From Eledone cirrhosa (Eukaryota), in the NCBI GenBank assembly GCA_964016885.1, contig OZ024743.1, forward strand, positions 204,662,001 through 204,726,000: a stretch of DNA of 64,000 nucleotides. The letters are read 5' to 3'. The notes under the pieces are model-generated. The model was not told the DNA's origin and did not search any database. It saw only the letters and a program-made list of their open reading frames with translations. Positions 54,819 through 64,000 of the stretch are shown here, piece after piece (within the stretch, counting starts at the first letter, position 1; each line of letters begins with the position of its first letter). Position numbers and translations under genes: made by a program.

Positions 54819-57800
54819 ATACACATATATATGTGTAAATATATATATACACATATATATGTGTAAATATATATATACACATATATATATACACATATAT
54901 ATGTGTAAATATATATATATACATATATATGTATGTATGTATATATATATATATAAACACCATTAAAAACTCCATTGAAAAGCTCATAAAAACTCATTAA
55001 AAACCCAATAAAAAGCACACTAAACCACCATTAAAAGCTACATCCGAAACCCATTAAAAACTATATTAAAACACCATTAAAATTCCATTAAAAACCACAT
55101 TAAAATCCATTAAAAATCCAATTAAAAACAGTAAAAACTTAATTGTAAACGTAATCGAAAGCGCAAGTAAAACAACATTAAAACCATTTAACACCCCATT
55201 AAAACCCACAAAAATACCACCAGAACCCATTAAAATCCCATAACCGCCATTAAAATTCCATTAAAAATATTATCAAAAACTTCATTTAAAACACACTGGA
55301 AACCCATTAAACTTCATAAAAAAATCCATTAAAAAAAAAATCCATTAAAAAAAATCCATTAAAAAAAATCCATTAAAAAAAATCCATTAAAAAAAATCCG
55401 TTAAAAAAAATCCATTAAAAACTCAATCAAAAACCCAATTAAAAGGCCATAAAAGAAACATTAAAACACCATTTAAAAAACCCATTAAAAAACCATTAAA
55501 AAAATCCAGTTAAAAAATCCATTAAAAAAATCCATTAAAAATCCATAAAAACCCATTAAAAATCCATTAAAAATCCATTAAAAATCCATTAAAAAGCCAT
55601 TAAAAAAATCCATTAAAAAAAATCCATTAAAAAAATCCATTAAAAAAATCCATTTAAAAAATCCATTAAAAAAATCCATTAAAAAAAATCCATTAAAAAA
55701 AATCCATTAAAAAAAATCCATTAAAAAAAATCCGTTAAAAAAAATCCATTAAAAACTCAATCAAAAACCCAATTAAAAGGCCATAAAAGAAACTTTAAAA
55801 TACCATTAAAAACGCCATAAAAAACATTAAAATCCCATTAAAAATACATTAAAGGCCCATTAAAAATTCCACTAAAAACCTCATTGAAAACCCCATTTAA
55901 AACCTAATTAGAAGCTCATAAAAACTCCCAAAACCCAATAAAAAACCATTAAAACGTCATTAAAACGTCATAAAACGCTATTAAAACGTCATTAAAAATG
56001 TCATTAAAAACTCCATTGATAACTCAATTAAAAACTGCATTTTACCCCCCTCCTCCCCCATTAAAAACACATTAAACACTCCATTAAAATTACCATTAAA
56101 AACCAATTAAATACTCCATTAAACACTATATTAAAACCGCAATTATAAATTCTTTAAAAATCCAATTAAAAACCATATTATAAACTCCATTAAAAATCCA
56201 ATTAAAAACCCTACTGAAAATCCCATTATAAAATTACATAAAAAACCCATAATAATAGTCGTTTAAAAAACCAATTAAAAATCCTATTAAAACGCCATAA
56301 AAAACACCATTAAAACGTCATTAAAAATACAATTGAAAACACCATTAAAAACTACATTGCAAATTCCATTAAAAGACCCATTAAAAACTCCATTAAAAGC
56401 ACCACTAAAAAGTCCATTAAAAAGCTCATAAAACCCATTAAAATACAATTAATAACCAATTAACACTCCATTAAAAACCATTACAACAGTCATTAAAATG
56501 CCATAAAATACCATTAAAACGCCATTAAGAACGCCATTAAAATCGTCATTAAAAACCTCATTAAAAACTACATTAAAACTTCATTAAAAACTCCATTAAA
56601 ACCTCCATTATAAACTCTATTAAACTCCATTAAAAACTCAATTAAATCCCCCATTAAACCCCCATTAAGCCCCATTAAAAGCCCCTGAAAATGCAACTAA
56701 AAACCAATTTTAAAACCCCATTAAAACACAATTAAAAGTCCATTGGAAACCCCATTAAAATTCCATTAAAAATTCATTAAAAACTTAGTAAAAACTCGAT
56801 TTTATACTCAATTAAAAAGGTAATTGAAAACTCAATTAGCACACCATTAAAAACTCATTAAAAAGCCCATAAAAACTCCATAAAAAATCTAATTGAAAAA
56901 CATTAAAAATTCAGTTAAAAACCTGATTGAAAACCCCAATAAAAGTTCATTAAAAAAACTCCATTAAAAAATCAATCAAAACCCCATTAAAATAACATTG
57001 AAACTTATCGAAGCGTCATTAAGGATACCATTAAAAAACACCATTAAAACGGCATTGAAAACCCATTATAAAAAATTAAAGGGTCCGTAAAAAACACCAT
57101 TATAAATCCATTAAAAACCTAATTGAAAAACCCATTAAAACTCAATTTTTAAACTAGATTAAAAACGCAATTAAAAACGCAATTAAAAGCTCAATGAAAA
57201 ACCATTAAAAACACCATTAAAAACTCTAAAAAAAAAGGCACTAGCCATTAAAACTCCATTAAAACCCATTGAAACCTACTACCCCCATTAAACCCCATTA
57301 AAATTGCATTAAACACATTACACATCCATTAAAGCCCATTAGAAGGACCATCAAATATTTAAATTTAAACTAAATCAGAAACTCGCTTAAAACACCATTA
57401 AAAACACATTAAAATGTCACTAATACCATTAACAACCACACCAAAAACTCCATTAATATACCATTAAAAACCGCATTGAAAACCCATAAAATCCCAAGTA
57501 AAGATCTTTTAAAAAACTACATTAAAAACCCAATTAAAAAACCCATTAAAACGCCATAAAAGTCATTAAAACGTCATTTAAAGTACCATTAAAAACGTCA
57601 CTAGAAACCCAATTAAAAATACATTAAAAATTCCATTTGAAACCATATTAAAAATTTCATTAAATGCAATATTGAAAAACCCATTAAAAACACCAGTGAA
57701 AACTCATATAAATACTCAATTAAAAAACCAATTAAAAATCCTATTTAAACGTCACTAAAACACCATAATAAACACAATTAAAACGTCATAAAAACACCAT

Positions 57801-60365
57801 TAAACTATCATTAAAAATTACATTGAAAACACCATTAAAAATTCAATTAAAACCCCATTAAAAATCCATTAAAAAGATCATCATGAACGCACTTAAACAC
57901 CATCAAAAACGCATTAAAAATTAAATTAAAAAGCAATTAATTTTTTTATCAAACCCCCATTAAAATTCCATTAAACACTCCATTAAAAACAACATTGAAA
58001 ACCCCCATTAAAAGCTCATACAAAATTATATTAAAAACCCAATAAAAAACAATTACAACGCCATTAAAACATCATAAAAACTCATTAAAATGTCATTTAA
58101 AATGCCATTAAAACCCTCACGGGGGGAAACGCAATTAAAAACACCATTAGAAATTTCATTAAAAACTCCATTAAAAATCATATTTAAAGTCAATTAGAAC
58201 CCTTATTATAAATTCCATTAAAACCCATTAAGTATCCAATTGAAAAATCCATTAAGAGCTCATTAAAAATACTCCATTAAAAACCCAATTAAAAATCATT
58301 AAAACGCATTTAAACACCATAAAAACACAATTAAAACGCCATTAAAAAGACCATTAAAAACTCCATTAAAACATCCTTGAATCTATTAAAAATTTCATTA
58401 AAAACGCAATCAAAAATTCCATTAAAAACCCATTTAAAACTCATAAACAACACCATTGAAAACCCAATTAAAAACTCCATAAAAAACCCATTAAACACCA
58501 TCGAAAATCACATTAAAATTCCATTAAAACACCATTAAAAAGCCATTAAAACCCAATTTTAAACGCAATTAAAAACTGAATTAAAACACTATTAAAAACT
58601 CATAAAAAAGGCTCATAAATAATGGTTTTCAATTGTTTTTTATGAAATTTATAATATGGCTTTTAATGAACTTTTTAATGGGCTTTTAGTGGAGTTTTTA
58701 ATGGATTTTTATGGAATTTTTAATGACATTATTAATGGTTTTTTAATTGGGCTTTTTGTGATGTTTTAATGGCGTTTTTATGACATTTTATTGTGTTTTG
58801 TGGCGTTTTAATGGCGTTTTAATTGGTTTGTTATTGGGTTTTTAATAGAGTTTTATGAACTTTTAATATGGGGTTAATGGGTTTTGAATGTGTTTTCAAT
58901 GGAACTTTTAATTGAGTTTTTAATGAAATTTCTAATGGGATGTGTAATTGAATTTTTAATTGGTTTTTAATGGGTTTAGTGGGTTTATAGTGGAGTTTTT
59001 AATGGTGTTTTAATGGTGCTTCGATTGAGTTTTTAATTGAGTTTTTAATTGAGTTTTTACTGAGTTTTTAATTGAGTTCTTATTTTATTTTATTTTATTT
59101 ATTTTTTATATTTAATTTTTTTTTATTTTTTTTTATTTTATTTTATTTTTATTTATTTTATTTTATTTTATTTTATTTTATTTTATTTATTTTATTTTAT
59201 TTTATTTATATTTTTTAGTTTTTTTTATTTTATTTTATTTTATTTTTTTTATTTTATTTTATTTTATTTTATTTTATTTTATTTTATTTTATTTTATTTT
59301 ATTTTATTTTATTTTTTATTTTATTTTATTTTATTTTATTTTATTTTATTTTATTTTATTTTATTTTATTTTATTTTATTTTATTTTATTTTATTTTATT
59401 TTATTTTATTTTATTGAGTTTTTAATTTAGTTTATAATTTAGTTTATAACTTAGTTTATAATTTAGTTTATTTCTCCCTCTTCTCCCCCTACTGTCCTCT
59501 ACAGCCAGATCTGCCTTTCTTTACCCCTCCCAAGTCTCTTCCCTCTTCTCCCCCTTCTGTCCTCTACAGCCTGATCTGCCTTTCTTTACCCCTCCCTAGT
59601 CTCTTCATTATTCAGTTTTGTTTTTATCTTTCTAAAACATCCTAGTTTTAATGAAATTAAAAGGAAATAGCAATCGCTATAAGTGTGCAAGCCAGCATGT
59701 AACTTCATGTGTGTGTGTTTTTAATGGAGTTTTTAATTGAGTTTTAATGGAGTTTTAATTGAGTTTATAATGGAGATTTAAATGGAATTTTTAATTGAGT
59801 TTTAATGTAGTTTTAATGGTGTTTTATGCCGTTTTAATGGTATTTTAATGGGGTTTTTATTTGGTTTTTTATAAAGTTTTGGGTGCGCTTTTAATGGGGG
59901 TTTAATGGGTTTTCAGTGTAGTTTTTAATGACATTTTTAATGGTTTTCCAATGGAACCTTAGTGGTGTGTTAATGCAATTTTAATTGGTTTAATGGGCTT
60001 TTAATTGTGTTTTTAATGGTGTTTTAATTGAGTTTTTAATTGCGTTTTTATTGAGTTTTTATTTCGGTTTAAATTTGAGGTTTTAATGTCTTTTCGAGGG
60101 GGGGGGGTTAATGGGGGTTTTAATGGAGTTTTAATGGGGACTTTTAATGGAAACTTTAATTTTGTTTTAATTGGGTTTTTATGGGTTTCCAATGTGGTTT
60201 TTAATGGCGGTTTTATTGGCATTCTTAATGATGTTTTAATTGTGTTTTAATGGGGGGTTTGGTTGGGGTTTTAATGGAGTGTTTTATGAGCTTATAATGG
60301 GGTTTTTAATGGGTTTTTCAAAATAGATTTTTAATTGAATTTTGAATGTGGTTTTTAATGGGATT

Positions 60366-60399
<34 letters not shown>

Positions 60400-60471
60400 T
60401 AATATATAGTGTGTGTGTATATATATATATATAGTGTGTATGTATATATATATATATATATAGTGTGTGCG

Positions 60472-60503
<32 letters not shown>

Positions 60504-61096
60504 ACACAAATATTAGCATATACATATTTTCTTAGTAATTGAGGATGTGTTTTTTATACATACATATGCATATTGCATCCATACATACACACATACAAGC
60601 ATATACATACACATACACACACATATATATACACACACTGTATATATATACATACACACACACACATATATATATATACACCACACACTATATATATATA
60701 TAGTGTGTGTGTGTATATATATATGTGTGTGTGTGTGTATGTATATATATATATACAGTGTGTGTATATATGTGTGTGTGTATGTCTATGTATATGCTTG
60801 TATGTGTGTATGTATGTATGTATGCAATATGCATATGTATGTATAAAAACACATCCTCAATGACTAAGAAATTATGTATATGCTAATATTTGTGTTAGTG
60901 TCTATATAAATGTATGTATGTAGTATATGCAAGTGTTCGTGCAAATTGAAAATAGATTTAATAATTTTAATAATATCTAGAACAATGTGATCTAAAAAAA
61001 ATATTTTTTAAGATACGAATATATCGTTGTCAGCTTAATATGGCACTAACGCAAAATATAAATCCCAGTTTATATATAGTGTGTAACATGAAAGTG

Positions 61097-61137
<41 letters not shown>

Positions 61138-61293
61138 ATATATATATATATATATATATATTTAATATATATATATATATATATATATATTTAATATATA
61201 TATATATATATATATATATTTAATATATATATATATATATATATATTTAATATATATATATATATATTTAATATATATATATATATATATATA

Positions 61294-61330
<37 letters not shown>

Positions 61331-61331
61331 A

Positions 61332-61369
<38 letters not shown>

Positions 61370-64000
61370 ATACACATATATATGTGTAAATATATATATA
61401 CACATATATATGTGTAAATATATATATACACATATATATATACACATATATATGTGTAAATATATATATATACATATATATGTATGTATGTATATATATA
61501 TATATAAACACCATTAAAAACTCCATTGAAAAGCTCATAAAAACTCATTAAAAACCCAATAAAAAGCACACTAAACCACCATTAAAAGCTACATCCGAAA
61601 CCCATTAAAAACTATATTAAAACACCATTAAAATTCCATTAAAAACCACATTAAAATCCATTAAAAATCCAATTAAAAACAGTAAAAACTTAATTGTAAA
61701 CGTAATCGAAAGCGCAAGTAAAACAACATTAAAACCATTTAACACCCCATTAAAACCCACAAAAATACCACCAGAACCCATTAAAATCCCATAACCGCCA
61801 TTAAAATTCCATTAAAAATATTATCAAAAACTTCATTTAAAACACACTGGAAACCCATTAAACTTCATAAAAAAATCCATTAAAAAAAAAATCCATTAAA
61901 AAAATCCATTAAAAAAAATCCATTAAAAAAAATCCATTAAAAAAATCCGTTAAAAAAAATCCATTAAAAACTCAATCAAAAACCCAATTAAAAGGCCATA
62001 AAAGAAACATTAAAACACCATTTAAAAAACCCATTAAAAAACCATTAAAAAAAATCCATTTAAAAAATCCATTAAAAAAATCCATTAAAAATCCATAAAA
62101 ACCCATTAAAAATCCATTAAAAATCCATTAAAAATCCATTAAAAATCCATTAAAAAATCCATTAAAAAAATCAATTAAAAAAATCCATTAAAAAAATCCA
62201 TTTAAAAAATCCATTAAAAAAATCCATTAAAAAAATCCATTAAAAAAAATCCATTAAAAAAAATCCATTAAAAAAAATCCGTTAAAAAAAATCCATTAAA
62301 AACTCAATCAAAAACCCAATTAAAAGGCCATAAAAGAAACTTTAAAATACCATTAAAAACGCCATAAAAAACATTAAAATCCCATTAAAAATACATTAAA
62401 GGCCCATTAAAAATTCCACTAAAAACCTCATTGAAAACCCCATTTAAAACCTAATTAGAAGCTCATAAAAACTCCCAAAACCCAATAAAAAACCATTAAA
62501 ACGTCATTAAAACGTCATAAAACGCTATTAAAACGTCATTAAAAATGTTATTAAAAACTCCATTGATAACTCAATTAAAAACTGCATTTTACCCCCCTCC
62601 TCCCCCATTAAAAACACATTAAACACTCCATTAAAATTACCATTAAAAACCAATTAAATACTCCATTAAACACTATATTAAAACCGCAATTATAAATTCT
62701 TTAAAAATCCAATTAAAAAACATATTATAAACTCCATTAAAAATCCAATTAAAAACCCTACTGAAAATCCCATTATAAAATTACATAAAAACCCATAATA
62801 ATAGTCCTTTAAAAAACCAATTAAAAATCCTATTAAAACGCCATAAAAAACACCATTAAAACGTCATTAAAAATACAATTAAAAACACCATTAAAAACTA
62901 CATTGCAAATTCCATTAAAAGACCCATTAAAAACTCCATTAAAAACACCACTAAAAAGCCCATTAAAAAGCTTATAAAACCCATTAAAATACAATCAATA
63001 ACCAATTAACACTCCATTAAAAACCATTACAACCGTCATTAAAATGCCATAAAATACCATTAAAACGCCATTAAGAACGCCATTAAAATCGTCATTAAAA
63101 ACCTCATTAAAAACTACATTAAAACTTCATTAAAATCTCCATTAAAACCTCCATTATAAACTCTATTAAACTCCATTAAAACTCAATTAAATCCCCCATT
63201 AAACCCCCATTAAGCCCCATTAAAAGCCCCTGAAAAATGCAACTAAAAACCAATTTTAAAACCCCATTAAAACACAATTAAAAGTCCATTGGAAACCCCA
63301 TTAAAATTCCATTAAAAATTCATTAAAAACTTAGTAAAAACTCGATTTTATACTCAATTAAAAAGGTAATTGAAAACTCAATTAGCACACCATTAAAAAC
63401 TCATTAAAAAGCCCATAAAAACTCCATAAAAAATCTAATTGAAAAACATTAAAAATTCAGTTAAAAACCTGATTGAAAACCCCAATAAAAGTTCATTAAA
63501 AAAACTCCATTAAAAAATCAATCAAAACCCCATTAAAATAACATTGAAACTTATCGAAGCGTCATTAAGGATACCATTAAAAAACACCATTAAAACGGCA
63601 TTGAAAACCCATTATAAAAAATTAAAGGGTCCGTAAAAAACACCATTATAAATCCATTAAAAACCTAATTGAAAAACCCATTAAAACTCAATTTTTAAAC
63701 TAGATTAAAAACGCAATTAAAAGCTCAATGAAAAACCATTAAAAACACCATTAAAAACTCTTTAAAAAAGAGCACTAGCCATTAAAACTCCATTAAAACC
63801 CATTGAAACCTACTACCCCCATTAAACCCCATTAAAATTGCATTAAACACATTACACATCCATTAAAGCCCATTAGAAGGACCATCAAATATTTAAATTT
63901 AAACTAAATCAGAAACTCGCTTAAAACACCATTAAAAACACATTAAAATGTCACTAATACCATTAACAACCACACAAAAAACTCCATTAATATACCATTA

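Noticed and set aside
29458-64000. TTTTAATGG repeat as a telomere
   Set aside because: Monomers are highly degenerate, switch polarity within each unit and are not TTAGGG. A subtelomeric location cannot be judged from this window.
29458-64000. CRISPR-like repeat/spacer array
   Set aside because: No constant repeat with unique spacers, no cas genes, and a eukaryotic context.

Overview
Eukaryotic (animal) genomic DNA, very AT-rich and dense in (TA)n/(CA)n microsatellites. The tRNA-derived SINE family and the repeat landscape suggest an octopus/coleoid cephalopod (inference, no search run). Positions 1-29 kb are a patchwork of decayed transposons: RTE LINE fragments, a Buster/SPIN-type hAT end, a CRE-like RLE retrotransposon end, Penelope-like elements, a non-autonomous Gypsy-type LTR element with a nested solo LTR, and about ten SINE copies. 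Hidden among them are spliced exons of what look like two tandem copies of a small Cys-rich secreted, probably GPI-anchored, protein gene on the + strand. Three minimal type I hammerhead ribozyme motifs sit at Penelope-type 3' ends next to (TA)n. There are also two nested flip/flop palindromes and a mini-element bounded by two inverted LTR U3 ends. From about 29.1 kb to the window end is a tandem array (5 full units plus 1 partial, 6.1-6.6 kb each). Each unit is a foldback-like structure of opposed CCATTAAAA/TTTTAATGG satellite arms plus a palindromic microsatellite, and the units are recombinant mosaics. Nearly all ORFs in the supplied track over microsatellite or satellite DNA are artefacts. 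All calls were made by eye and coordinates of decayed elements are approximate.
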